Assembly: GCA_964658305.1 (NCBI GenBank)
Contig: OZ210886.1
Span: 744,001 to 808,000, forward strand
DNA from: Leptogorgia sarmentosa
Taxonomy: Eukaryota
Direction: 5' to 3'
Length of the DNA: 64,000 nucleotides
Position numbers and translations under genes: made by a program. How positions within the stretch are numbered: the first letter of the stretch is position 1; every line of letters starts with the position of its first letter. This document shows, piece after piece, positions 37,723 to 52,700 of this stretch. The notes beneath the pieces were generated by a model. The model ran no database searches. It was not told where the DNA came from and saw nothing but the letters and a program-made list of their open reading frames with translations.

Positions 37723-40700
37723 ATGAGGATTTTTAGTACCGTCTTGGTACTCGCTTTAGCCGTCACTTTAGCGGCCGCGCAAGGCCCCGGTAAGAAAATT
37801 TGTTCAGTAAAGATGCTATTTCGTGATAGATTTAATGTTCTTTATTGTGGGGCAATTGCATGCATGCATTTATATTTGTATTACGGTAAACAATCGTGCT
37901 ATAGTGACTCATGTATGCCGCGAGAAGACGCGATAACATTTGCGCGCGTTGAATGTAAAATTATGTGCGCATTGTGAATAGATGTGATAAAACAGAAAAT
38001 ATGCATTTTAATGTTCCAGGCCAGTGCTGTAAATCTTCCTTGTTTCATATTAAAATGCGCGTTCTTGAAAAACATTTTTCTAAGATTCTGTAAGTGTGCG
38101 TGTATCGATTGGTAAATTATATTTATGTATTCCAAATATGTAATAGTGGGACACGTCCGAAGCATTTCAACATAGTTTTACAGTATAAGATATTGCATTC
38201 ACACTTTAATATTTTCTTTGTTCATTGTGAGGTCGAGATACAATATTTGATACAATATAGAAATTGTGTATCTTTCTGCGCACCTTTATTTTGCGCAAAC
38301 CAATATCCTCTACTCATGAATGCGTCCTTGTTGCCGTGCGGCGGACGTGTCCTCTGACCAGTTAGTCTAAAATATTTTGATCATGTACAGCGTAAAACTC
38401 GCACATTTAACTTTCAGACACTGTTCCTTCATTGAATTAGCGTCAAAAGCTTATATAGCACCATTATATTCTCAATTTTAGTTGTGACTGCCGTATGTAT
38501 GTAATCTATAGGTAGCTGTGGCCTAACATGTTTAAAATAGTTCTGATACCGGTATTATATACCTTGTGGTCAAACTGGGCCAAAATTTCTATGTAGTACT
38601 GGGCATAATTTTATTTAAACCTAGGGGTATTTAATAAATCATATATGATTTGAACCACTGATGAAAATTAACTTCTGTTTGTTATAATAGCAACTCTCAA
38701 GTCTCAATTCGGTTTGAGCGCGAGGATATTATTGTGAAATACTGGTATTGCTATTTTAATAACGCTCCAGAAAGTTTATTCTCTATTTAATATCGCCGTT
38801 TATTCATTTATCTTCAGTATCCACTTTGATGTTCATCTTTGGTCGTAAACGTGATTGTGTGACACCGTTTACAGTATTCGTACAGTGATGAATCAAAAAT
38901 TGTTTAATTAAAAATCTAATGGTACTACATTGGCCAAAGTGGTACACCTAAGGCGATATAAAATTTCTACGTCATGCAAGCGATTGTAGCTTTCGTTTTT
39001 CAGGCTTTGTCAATTCGTTGCCGAAATTACTTTTATTTTTTTATGTTGACATTATTTCTTATCGATAATTTAGGCTCAATCTTTGATCCTTGCAACCTCG
39101 TACCCAGGCTCTCTCCTCATAACGAGGTTGTGATCCTTGATGGTATCCAATTTTTAGACTCAATAACCATATACGTTAACCATATAGCTAGTAATGTATA
39201 AACATGCCACATTTTACAGCACAATATTTCCAGGTCAAAGTGCATTGACGAGTAGGCAACAATGTAAGAAAGACGCATCAATGAAGAGTTGTAGTCATAC
39301 CACAGAATAATTACTTTATAGTTTTATTCACACTTACATGTAATATCAATGTACAACACATTTACAAGCGAACTCATTAACTGAACATTGAATTGATGCG
39401 TAGTTTATGTTGAAAAAAATTCTTCGGAAAAAGGCAATGTTGTCGTTTACATTTCTTTCTAATTTGAAATTAGTGCGCTGATTTGAACTTATTGCGCAGA
39501 TTTGAAATTATTGCGCTGATTTGAAATTATTGCGGCTCTTAAACTCGCAAATAATCAAGTATTTCATCAAGTGAATTTCACGCTGTTTATGCCCTTTTTA
39601 AGCTGTTTTATTAAGATCCAACTGTGAAATTTTCTATATGTACGGCTCTCGGCGTTGAAATGCATTTTTTTTGGGACACCCTCCTGTATTGAAGCAGAAA
39701 ATTGTAGCTGAGCCTCCTGTTCTTGCGCTTCATTATAACATGTTATTACGAAAACTCTGAAGGCCGTTCCATACACCGAATTTTTGTCGTGTCGAATGAT
39801 TTGAAAACGGATAATGAGCTAGGAGCAGCTTCATAAGGAAACTCACTTCATTCTCTATTGTTTGAACTGCAAGTGTTTATGTAGTGCAGAGTTCCATTAA
39901 CTTCGGGCTATACGCAAATCGAGCTTCATCTCGGCTGTATATTTTTACTATAAACTTAATTGTAACAGGTTTTTTTGGGGGTATGCCTTGCAAGGTCTTC
40001 TTTCCGAACCTGTTTCGCACTATTTGCCCAGGTGATATCCAATGATATTATACCTAATCTCAAATTGTCCAATGAGAAAGCCCAGTTTGTGTCATGTGAG
40101 CGTGAATTTACATTAAAATTCACGATACTGGGCTGTTATTGTTGTATATTAATTCTACATATTTCCAATAATAAATAAAGTGCTAATGATCTAAAGACTG
40201 GAGAGTAGTACTGAAGAGTACAAGTTTCTAAAAATATGTAGTTTTGCAGAATTTTTTGTAACCCAACTTTGTAAAAAAAAATAATTCATTTCTATTTTTT
40301 CATTTAAGATAAGGGACCAAAGGGTGATAAAGGTGAACCGGTATGATATTAGATTCAGTAATGACATTCAGTCCTGTGTACTACAAATAAAATCCTTTCA
40401 TTTACCATTTCTTTATTTGTATAATGAATCAGAATATTTTTTCTATCAGGGAGGTGCTGGTTTTCCTGGAAACCCAGGAAGACAGGGTGGACAAGGGTCT
40501 AGGGTACGTATTATAGTTCTATTCAAGGTTGTATTTTATTGATAGCTCTCGAATCACCCCAAGATTCTTTTACTGGTCTATTATGTGTGTTGCTTATATA
40601 TCTTCTACAAAGCACCTGTTTTTCAGTTCTGTTACATGATGTCATTTTGTAAAATACTTCATTCACATGGTTGTATCCCTCCCTTATATAGTCCCTCCCT

Positions 40701-43700
40701 TATATGTAATTTCTGTTTTATATCTAGGGACCTACTGGTAATCGTGGTGGACCTGGAGATCAAGGTGATACAGGCGCACCAGGCCCAGCTGGACCTGGTG
40801 GTATTATTGATGTAAGTTTTAGATGGAGGACATTTAATAACCAAAACTTTGGCAAAATTAAAAGTCTACATTTCTAACAATTTCCTTATTTGTCTAGCCA
40901 ACTGATACACGTGGTAAAGGTCCTGGACCCAATCAATATCAGTATATTCCTGGCCCAGCTGGTCCAGCAGTAAGTTAAACGTAATACTGTATATATTCTT
41001 GTAGTGGCTTACTGACATTTGAAATCTTCTCATGCCATTTATTAGCAATTATAATTTGACAAGTCTGTTATTTCCTGAATGTATATTGTAGCTATTTAGT
41101 ATGGTATGAATGTTTTTTATTGAATATTATTATACTAATGAATGCAATGAAATAACGTGCATAACTTTCTTTTCAATTTTCAGATCAACCCAGGGTTAAA
41201 TTAACCTGCCTTTGTGCAATAATTATTGGCCCCAAGTCAATAAATTGAACACTATGTCAAAATTCGAAATATTGTGTTTGTAATGTGATTTTTATTTTGC
41301 TTTTGTTCAGGGTCCAGCTGGTCCTCCAGGAAATTCAGGCCCACCTGGACAAGAGGTACAGTAATAGACCATTTGTCTATCATATTCACACATAAGCAAA
41401 CTGCCGGCTGTAATTGTCTATTTATATGAGAAGCCAATAAATTAGAAAGCCAACACACTTTTCATGCAGTTGTTGATCTGTGAAAGTTGTTTTTATGTAT
41501 CTAGAAATTTCTATATAAATTTTCATCAACATTCCATCAAAAACATAAATTTATGCAGAATACATTCATTCTTTTTTGTTTTAGGGGGCCAGAGGTGATA
41601 CCGGTGCCCCAGGAGAACCTGGACTACCTGGAGAGCCTGTATGTAACACAATTTTAACTGTTCTATACACAAAGATTGCTCTTGATGTCATAGATAATAA
41701 ATTAGGTTCATTGCATGTGCACATGCAAGTAGAAAATGTATCCTGGTTTCCAGTTCCAAGATGACTGTAGTTTGCCTTGGTTAGATAATTCCATTTTTCA
41801 TTTATTCATTTTACATGATGATATTTGGTAGGCTAGTTTCAACACTATGTATCTTGCCAGAGTTTGCGTAAGCTAAAGTGTCTATTTATTTTAGGGGCAA
41901 AGTGGTGTGAAAGGAATCCAAGGTCGTGATGGATCACCTGGAGACAGAGTATGTACTGGTATTTGGTTCTCAAAAGATGTTTTTTGACACTTCAAGGTCA
42001 ACTTTGTCTGAGGCTAAAAGTCGAAAATACGCCTCTTTGAAAATGGCTTCTTCTCACACGCCGCTGGGAGCTGCTGCAGCACTGGCCGCAAGCTTGACAT
42101 TTTATTTAAAAATGATTTCACAATCCTGCTCGCATGCAAATACTATAATACCCAATCAAGGCAAAAACTCATGGCCTGTCTGGTAATGTATCCACTAAAA
42201 CACAACCCAGGGCTTGGGTGGGTGGGCACAGCTGTCAAGCTTTGCGGAGCAACAACAAATATGCCTGTGGATGCCTGCACCACCCACTTATACCCTAAAA
42301 GCATCACTAATGAGGCCCAGCAATGTGTGAGAAAACATTTTCCGCTTCTTTCGTACCTCAGCCAGTGGAAAATTATACTTTTCCCAAGTTTCCCAACATG
42401 AGAAGCTAAACATTCTGTGTAATATCAATAATTCACAGGACATTCTCTAACATTTTAATTTTAATGAAATGTAGGGCGCTGATGGAACAGCAGGTGAAGC
42501 GGGTGAAACTGGTCTACCAGGACCACCGGTATGATGAATATTATGCAGTGACAAAGCTAGTTATAGTAACCTGTCATGCTATATGCAGATAGATATGTAC
42601 TGAAAACGTTCCTACGTCCCTGCGGTGCTTAAAAATGGCTTGGTTGCATTTTTGGTATATATGTGCATGCATGAACTGCTTTTGATTAGGTTCTTTTCAA
42701 TTAATTTATGTAGTCTCAATTGAGTGTCATGAAATGAAAATGCAATATTTGGAATACTAAATAACTTCTGTACAAATGCTTTTGTTTATATTTTAGGGAC
42801 CACCTGGTACTCGTGGTCGACAAGGTGTACAGGGATTGAAAGGGGAACGCGTAAGACTCTGACTACTTTATATCAACAATACATTAAAGTGATCTTAGCT
42901 TTAATCTAGAAATTGTCATTTTGGGAAAAAATATGTAGAAGTGTGTCTTGAAATTATGAAGTTTGGTTCAAACATCGTAAATGTGGAAAAACAGCCATGT
43001 GAAGTTTGGAGATATTTTTTCTTTTGTATTTATATACATGGAAAAATTGGTGATCAAGTTCAAATGTGATTATCAGCTTGATTGAAGAACGCAAAATTCG
43101 CAATTTTACTAAAATTTATGATGCCAGTTGTGCTAATAAAGTTTTTTAATTCAGAACATTGTCGATCTAAAAGGAGTAAGTCCATTATATAAGTGTCTAT
43201 TAAATAAAGTGTTCTACGATTATTACTGATGCATACCTTTCGGTGCAAACTCAATATTTTCCCGGAAACATAATGTCGAAATACTAAACAAGAAAAAAGT
43301 TCTTACACAAATGGACAACATTCAGTTAATACAGGGCAATGTATCTAATTACGTGACTTTTATGATATAGGGTAACACTGGTACGGTTGGTGACGCAGGA
43401 GAAGCAGGTTTGCCTGGTGACACTGTAAGTAGAATATTAAGTCTAATCCAATTTTGATGGATGTGTTGCAACTAGGTAGAAAACAGGATGCAATGAGAGA
43501 GAAAAAAGTGTGTAGCCTGAACATACAACAAGATTCACAAATAAAGAATCTTATTCAGTGTTACCTTAAAATAAATTTAAGGTGGTTAGGATCAAGTTGG
43601 GATAAGTTCGTCTTGATTGACACATGGAATATATTTCCAAACTTTCCTAGGCTACCCGTAAAATACCATAACGTTCCCTAGGGCTTATATGTATGTCTTT

Positions 43701-46700
43701 GTTTTTCCAACCAATACTATTAGAGCTAACCTTTGCTGAATGCAAAACTCGTACATATTTGTCAGTCATTCATTTTCAAACAAGTCTTGTGTTCATGCTG
43801 TTCTAACTTAGTGTAATTCTTTACTCTTTACACCGTATCTTATTCAAGTCATATTATTATCGAACCTATGGTCATATCTTTTAGGGTGAACCTGGTGATG
43901 CTGGAAAAGATGGACAAGATGGACAACCTGTAAGTTATAGCTGTCTTTTTTCTATATAACCCTATAATTGAAGTTATTACGTTTTTAATTTCGCGTACAA
44001 ATGAGGGGTAGCATTAAGTTTCATACATGATGAAATCGAGAAATTGACATCATTATACAGTGGCGTAGCCAGAACGATAATTGGGTAAAATACCAGTAAA
44101 ATCCTGGGTAGTTATAACCATTGGTACATTTTTTTTCATTTGATAACAGGGTCAGCCTGGTCAGGCTGGTTCTAAAGGTGCTCAAGGAGTGAAAGGACCA
44201 AAGGTAATTTCTAATAAGTAATAATAGTAAAAAATAGGTGTATGATGTATCTCGATATAGCCAATGGATTTATCCCCACTCCTCCATATGGCTGCCTTCT
44301 TGCCATTACATTACTGTTGAAAAAACAGTTGTTTAAATATGGTTGTTTTTAACAAACATATGCACCACTGAGCAATATTAGTACCCATTTGAAACCCCCA
44401 GACACAAAACGTTTTCGTAGTCAAATTTCAAATTATTCAACTTGATCTTAAATTAGTTACATCTGTTTTTAATGTGCTTTGATGTACTAGTATTTTTCCA
44501 ACCCTATACATCTGGATGACATGCTTGTGGTATAGTTTTATTGTATCAAAATTAGATAAAAATTGATACAATAACCCAATGACATTTCTAAGAACGTAAC
44601 GGACGAAAGGGAAAACATTTTAAACAATCCTGTGCTCACCAAGTCATTTTAATTGTCACTAATTTTTAAAAAAATGTTTACATAGGGTCCCAGTGGTATA
44701 ACTGGTGTTTCTGGACCACCTGGCAACCAGGTACGTATGTCTCAAATGCTTTATCTTATAACGGTTGCTGATACCGTGTTTAGTGTTTTTAAAACATAAG
44801 TCCCTCTTCTCAGCTATTGTTCATTCAGTTACTGCCAGTTTACTGTGTTGACAAAAATCAATGAAATGATAAGGAAAATGATGGACATAAATTCATTTCA
44901 GGGTCCACAAGGTAACCCTGGTCTCTCGGGTCAGCCCGGTGGTACTGGTGCACCTGGTGAGAAGGGAGAAAGTGGGTTGACTGGGCGTGCTGGAAACCAA
45001 GGTCGAATTGGTGATCAAGGTTCACGTGGTGCCAAAGGTTCTAAAGGTGAACAAGGTGCTGAAGGTGTGCAAGGCAGTGCTGGAGCCAAAGGAGACAGGG
45101 TACGAAAACAACTTGTTTATCACAATACGTATACTTGATGTAGAGGTACTGTAGCAGTGAACATATGTATTGCTTGTTTGCAATCACGTGACTTTTTGCT
45201 CAAATGACGGGCAATTGAACAACTTGTACACAATTTTTCTCAGTATTCAAGTGCTTGTAGCAAAACAAAATGATGGTAACACATCTATCTTAGACTTAAA
45301 ATGTCTCCAAATCTTAAATTGTCTCCAATGGTTCGATTTTCGTCCTACTTGCCCGTCAACTGAAATTCCAAATTTAAGCCATTGCAAACAACCTATTGCA
45401 ACATTTTTATTGGGAGTCATGACATTCTTGTCATGGTCAAGAAGCATATTTGTACTGTATAATATAATTAGGGGGATCTATATCTGTATCAATTCGTGAA
45501 GTATTAAAATGTTAGCTAACCAAAAAACTATGGTATCTATTTATTGGTGAATGTTCAGTCATTACGTCGCTGCACCTTTGTACTATGGAAATGAAAAGGA
45601 CCGTTATGAACTGAATAACTTTATTTTTTCTTAGGGTAATGTTGGAATTCCCGGGCCTACTGGATATCAAGGCAGCAGTGGTGGTCAGGTAAGTTTAGGT
45701 TTTTTTATCCATCATAAAACTTGCCATTTAGAGATCGGATTCTTTCTTGTACCATCTAAAGCGAAACTACTAGGACCAGAGAAATAATAGCAGTGAAACA
45801 GTCTCAGCCCCCCTTCTTGCTATAATTCTATTGAATAACAGGGTGTTAGCTAGAAATATGAAGAAAATAACAATCCGCGTTTGACTGAAATTGGGAAATA
45901 TAGCCCAAATGTGTAGTGATTCCACATTTCAAAATACTTAGCCCGTTAGCCGTAAATTGGGAAAAACAGCGTTTAACGTGGAATGTTTGACCTTGGCTAA
46001 CACAATGAATACAGTAGTTAGGATAATCTGATTGCCAATACAGCATATTACAACTATGTAATGGCTGATGTATGTTACTGGCCAGGTAATGTATGCATGT
46101 TGCTTGTACGTATGTTACTGCATGGTGTGGTCAGTAATGCTAGCTACTTGCTTTTTTCGGTAAAATGTCAAGTGTGTATGTACGGTATAGTAATGTAACT
46201 AGTTTTCATGACTAAAATATATAACAAGAAATTAAAAACAACCAAACAAAATTGAAACAAACATTTCATCAACTGGCCCAGGTTTAATCCTGATTGGTCT
46301 TTTCTGTCAATATAGGGTCCCGCGGGATCACCTGGAACCAGTGGCTTACGTGGAGAGAGAGTAAGTTTTTTGTCCACATTGTGTTTAAAGTGTAATAATT
46401 TACGAAATAATGAAATAGAGATTTAGAATTACAACTGTTAATTTTGATGTAAAAATTTATTGAAACCAACTAATAAACAGTAAAGTATTACTTACTTTTA
46501 AGTAGTATTGTTACTGAAAGCAGTTGTAATAAATATTTTTTCTATATTTGCAGGGTCGTAATGGACAGAGCGGACTTGCAGGTCCAGTTGGAGCCAAAGG
46601 AAATCAAGTAATTATTTTATAACTTCTTTGAGACAAAGAAACAATCTGGTAAAATGACGTGGTATTTACGACAATATTAAATATCAATCGAACGTTGAAC

Positions 46701-49700
46701 TCAACATGGCAATGTTTACTACGTCACAGATCCTTGCTTGTGTATCCCATAGTTTATGAGTACTAGACTATGATTATTGTCTTCCCCTAAAGTTTTCGTT
46801 TGAATTCTTTGATGCCTTTGACTGAGTTGTTTTTGATGTTCATTGCAAAAACTCATGTACAGGACATATTCAAATATCCTATGCTAATTGCGTCCTATTT
46901 CCTTTTAGGGTCAACCTGGCCAACCTGGTTTACAAGGTGATCCTGGTTTTACTGGAAAATCTGTAAGTGACTATTATACACATTTATATATGCACTACAA
47001 CAGGTGCTTCATAGTTTGAAATAAACACAACCTAACATACCTGAATACTTCTTAGGGCCCTGCAGGAAGAGCAGGGCGTCAAGGTCCAGCTGGTCAACCA
47101 GGAGCTAAAGTAAGCTGAGCTATAATTTATTTTTGATGTTAAACAATTATTGAATGAAGCCTAGTAGGATATCGAACAAGAGCAAGAAGGATAATATCAC
47201 TACCTAAACGATAAAACAGATTCAACGTTTCGACCGAAAGGCCTAGCTTCGTCGGGAATTAGATCCTGAAGTGCTACCTACGCTGGTCACGCGTGCTGTT
47301 GTTTATCTAGTAGGGCAGAGGCTTATTGCATTGTAAACAAAAACCTTTCTTTGAGCAAGCCAATTGTATTTTAATTTCCGCTTTTGGCTCAAGCAGCATA
47401 AAGTGGTCAACGTCATAATTTTCAATAAACGACGAAATTACGTCATAATGTCGTATATGAGTTTTACCAAGCAGATATGACGATTTCATCCACAGCTCTT
47501 AACCAATCAAAACTCTAGAATTATTTCAAATTAATATTAAAACGAGTTATTGGTTAGTGTACTGTATACGTCTAGATAATTAATTTAAGTAACAATGAAT
47601 TATTTTTATAGGGTGATCCAGGTTTCGCAGGGGCACTAGGACGTATGGGAGCTTCTGGACCCAAGGTATAACAATAATAATTTGATTAAATTTTTGAAAT
47701 TGCCCTCATTAAAACACACATGTACTTCAGGAAAATTTACCATATACACCATAAATAATTCAAACATTTCATACCACATGCTTTTATCTTTAACATTTCC
47801 ACTCATTTCTTAGTTCCCCGTGTTTGGTACATATATGGAATTCATTTTCTTTTAGGGTGATCAAGGTCTGCAAGGAGCACGGGGTGATGTTGGACTAAAA
47901 GGATCTAGGGTAATGAATAGTGACTACAATAATGTGGAGACTAAATTGAGATGATTTACTTAATTATGATTTACCTACAATCATTAAATTTACTGTTGGA
48001 ACAGATCTTTTCAAGCCATATGGATCCTCCCCTCCCACACTTTTTCAATGTTGCATGTATTTAAATACTCAAGGTAGCTACGTATAGTTGTGAACGCTGA
48101 TACCCTATTAAAAACAACTTTCGTCTCGTGATCACATTATCTGCGTTCCAAGTCGTTAAGTTAATCATTGTAGTTTGAAATGCAATAGATATGAAGGAAA
48201 TGGAATGTGAAATTCAGGCCTAATATTAATCTCGTTAATTTTATTTCTTAAAATGATGCTGGAACATAAACCAAATTAGTGCACGTTTGGGTTTTCAAAC
48301 ATGCAAGAATAATATAATTCAATAATCTGAGACCTTAGGAGCCGAGAAACCTCAGATCACAAATATGTCACAAATATTGAGATATACCCTAAAAAAACGT
48401 TTGATGTTGAAGCTACTGACTTAGGGTAGGAGCGAGGCTCACAGGCCTAAATGTAGATCTGTGATGTAATCATTGAGAAAATCTGTTGTAAAAAGTAAAC
48501 TCCCAAAACAAATTGATTAAACAAAATTATCGTAATGCATTGACAGTAATTTACCGCCCACATATGGTGTATGACAGTGACTTGTAATTCCATTGCATTC
48601 TCTTTAACGTTAATATATTGTCGTAAAATATTTACAGGGTAGAGATGGTGCAGCTGGTCCCAAGGGTATGCAGGGAGCAAGGGTAAGTGTAAATATACTG
48701 TATATTGTGAATTCAATGTGAATATCTTCAAAGGCAATATGGTATGTTAGGACTAGCTTTAAAATTAGGATAATTAAAATTGGTTTAATGCAAGTAGTAC
48801 CAACATGGAACAGCCCTTCCTTTTCCATACCCTGACGTATATTTTTCATATAAATTTCATGTTTGGTTAAACTGTTGTTTTATTTTTAGGGACCCCCAGG
48901 CCCTCCCGGCCAAAATGGTGTTGATGGAAAACCTGGCAGCCAGGTATGCGTCAAGGGTGCTAGCTTGATCTTTAGTGGACAGATGCAAGCATACGTATAT
49001 GCATCGATAGAAATATTTTTATCATCGTAACACGTTAGCATAACGACACTGTATGTTAGCAACACCCAGTACAGTACGTTTCTCTACTCATGGTACAAAA
49101 CGATGAAACTAATTTTGGAAAATGATGACAAAAGGAGAAGAATGCAAATACTGTTTTTTCAATCATCTCTTAAAATAAGCGTGTTACATTTTAGGGAGCA
49201 GCCGGAAATACTGGTCAAGTTGGACAACCTGGTGGAGCTGGTCAATCTGGTCCTCAAGGTCCGCCTGGTCCTTCTGGGAGCAAGGGATCACAGGTTAGAT
49301 TCATTTCATCATTGTATTGTAGTTGGATTCTTGATCGTTAAGGGGGTAGTTGACTAATACATAGATATACTTGCTTTTCTCAACTGCCGTAGTACAGATA
49401 TTTGAAATTGCTTTATTGCACATGAAACAATAACGCTTGTAAAAAAAGTCGTTTTGAATGACACTCGGCAAATTGTTTGTTTTTCAGGTTTTATTGAGTG
49501 ATTAATTGTTTGAGGATGAATTGATTGTTTTGAATGTGTTAAATTTCGTTTCGCTATAGGGTGCTGAAGGTATCGCAGGCGAGGTTGGTCCCGATGGTGC
49601 AAAAGGAGAGAAGGTCAGCAGCATTCAATTTTGCTAATTTTTTATTCCACACGGAAACGATTAGCAAGTCTCAAATGAGGTTGTATTGCAATGATCTTGT

Positions 49701-52700
49701 TTACTGTACACAATATCAAACAATTCAACTCGCCGGTTAATTTCTCGTTTGTATATTATGAATTCATAACCTGCAGCCAATGAGCTCCATCTTGGCTGAC
49801 ACTCGGCTATTACAACAAATAAACTCATCTGTTTCACCATTTCTTGGTATATTTTCAAACTGACAACCATGCCCATCGTGTTATTGACATTTTAAAAACA
49901 GTGCACATGTTTTGAAATGTTAACCAGGATGACGGCCAATTGCAAATCACCAATTGTGTAATACAAAGTTATTCTGCTGTCAAAGTTTCTGTGAAAGATG
50001 TTTGAATCATTTCTGTATGGGTGAATGATTTAATGTTTTATAAACGATTTGTAAGAAATGCTCGAGAGAACGGGCCAAGTTTTAACTCACAATGTTATGT
50101 TTTAGGGTGACCAAGGTGTGCAAGGTCCTCAGGGAAGGCCCGGTAATGATGGCGCAGACGTAAGTTTTTGAAGACGAACACCATAAAGAAACAGCAATAA
50201 AATTTCGTCAAAAGTTCTAGAATGTATTGCAAAATTATTTTAAAACAAATTTAACAAGCAAGCTTAAGCGTAACCACGTTGTTATATGACCTGTTTTATG
50301 TCGTTGAAAATTAATCGTTGCTATATAAATTATTATTTTACTTCCAAAAACAGGGAGATGATGGAGAACAAGGTTTGGCTGGAGAAGTCGGTGCTCAGGG
50401 AGCTCAGGTGAGATTGTATGCCTTGTTTCCTTCCTCACAAAATGTATTATATTCACTGAATTATGTACTATTATATTACAACTGTTATTGTCTGAAGGAT
50501 ACATGTGAAGGCTTGTTAGAGAGAGACTTGATTTGATATATACTATCACAGGGCTTGCGATTTGTACATGTTAGTTTTGTAAGGTGGAAAACGTACATAT
50601 TATTTTTGCAAGTTGTTGTTCACAGCTATACACATATCTGTCGTATTTGCCTTTTATGTTTCTGTGTTTTACCCTTCGTATCTATCTCTTAATGTATTAA
50701 GCGAATGTGGTGATGCATTGTAGTACATTTTTGTACTAATTGCTTTCACGTCCTTATTCGCAGGGCGAACGTGGTGAGCAAGGTGTTCAAGGTCCTACTG
50801 GTCCAGCTGGAAACAAAGTAAGAATATATATAATCAATCCCCCTCCCCTTCAAGTATACAGGTGTATCCTGTACGTATTAGCCTTTTACTATCCCGTAGT
50901 ATCCCGAATTAACACCTAAAAAAGCCTGACACATACACATAAAAGTTGGTTTATGTAATGGCGCATCATTTATAGGGATACCGAGGACCTGACGGGCAAC
51001 CTGGATCAATTGGCGAACAGGTTAGTCAATTGACAATAAGACGACGACTATTTCATCAGGATCTGTTCGTATTTGATAAGATGTCGACGACTTGTTAAAT
51101 TTAACAAAGTTGGGGCAACTATTTGTCAAATTGTCGAAAATTTGTGATCAACAGTCTTGTAACAGCTTCAGAAAATGCATAAAATTGTAATGGCTGTTGA
51201 GAACTTCAGCAGCATCTTGCTGGCAAGTTTTACGTATCCCAGTTTATTGAATTTGGAGTTTTGAACAATTCATTTTCTTCTTCAGGGACCACAAGGGGAA
51301 TCTGGTGAACAGGGAGCACGTGGATTTGCGGTAAGAATTAAATCAATGTTGAGCTGTAAATACGTACATTTTAAACAACATACTGTAGGAATGGAATGGT
51401 TTCGAGTGCAATTTGGAAAATCAAGCATCGTGATGTTATTTTTCTAAATTTTACGGAAAAACATTTTTCAAACGGTTTTTTATTCTTATGTGTTTTAGGG
51501 TCAATCTGGAAAAACTGGTCCAATTGGTGAAAATGGAGCTGATGGAGTACCGGTAAGTACGAACGATACTTGACAAATATCGCCCATATATAGCTAATTC
51601 ATAAAAGGTTGTCCTCCAAAAACCTTAAAATCTAAGCGCGCTAAGAGTAACGGGTAACTTCTTTCTAGGGCATTTTATCAGACAAATAATCATAGCACTC
51701 TAATAGTTTTACATCGTAAGTAGTTTTAGATCGTAAGGCCTTGAGTAAGACGTTACCCATCCATCACACCTTGCGCGTTTTTTGAGAACAACCATTTCTG
51801 TATACCATGTACATATCTTCCAATTATAAGTTCATTAAATTCACGCCACAGTATTACTTCACGCAATAACTGTTAATTATTTTTATTGTCCAGGGACCTC
51901 AAGGTCCGTCAGGAGCCCCTGGTGAAATGGGACGTCGTGGTGACGTGGGTCTTCCGGGCGCAGCTGGTCTGCCTGGTGAGCATGGAGAGAAAGGTAGCAA
52001 GGTATGGTTATTGCTGTCAATTATACTAACATCGTTGTGTGGTAGTTGAGGGGCTGGTAACGAGTCTGTTTAGTCCTGCATGCAGTTGCCGAATTGACTT
52101 TAGCAAAAAAGACGGCGGCATGTACATTTTACCAGAATGCATTGCGGTCTGAAATCGTTCAAAAAAGCAGATTACTAGTGTTAAATGAAATGTTTTTTCA
52201 GCTATATGTAATTTTTTTGCAATGGTCAATTACGGTTATAAATGCAGAGGCTTTGGCGAGTTTTGTGGAACCATGCATCAATACAAATGAAAATGAGCTC
52301 AGCTAAAACGCTCAGACAACTGCTAATGGTGTTTTAGAAGGGAATACATTGGGAATATGCCCTTTGCCTGAATGCAGAGAATAAGTTAAAAAGAGTGCGT
52401 GAATTAAACGCATGTAGACAATACAAGCAGTTACCATAATGGACCTAGTACTCGATGGTTCCCGTAATCAAGAAAGTGTAAAAAATTAGGATGAAGGTTG
52501 GATTCAAAATGATTGTATTAAAAACGAGACAAATTTTTTGACAGGATTTTTTTTGAATAAATTACTGCGAGTAAAGTTAATTTTAAAGGATTTATCTTGG
52601 TGTAACAAACAAAGCATGGATGTCGAATCAATGTGTTTCATTAAGAATTTCTTTTTATTGTTCAGGGTGGCAGAGGTAATGCTGGTCGAAATGGCAAGCC

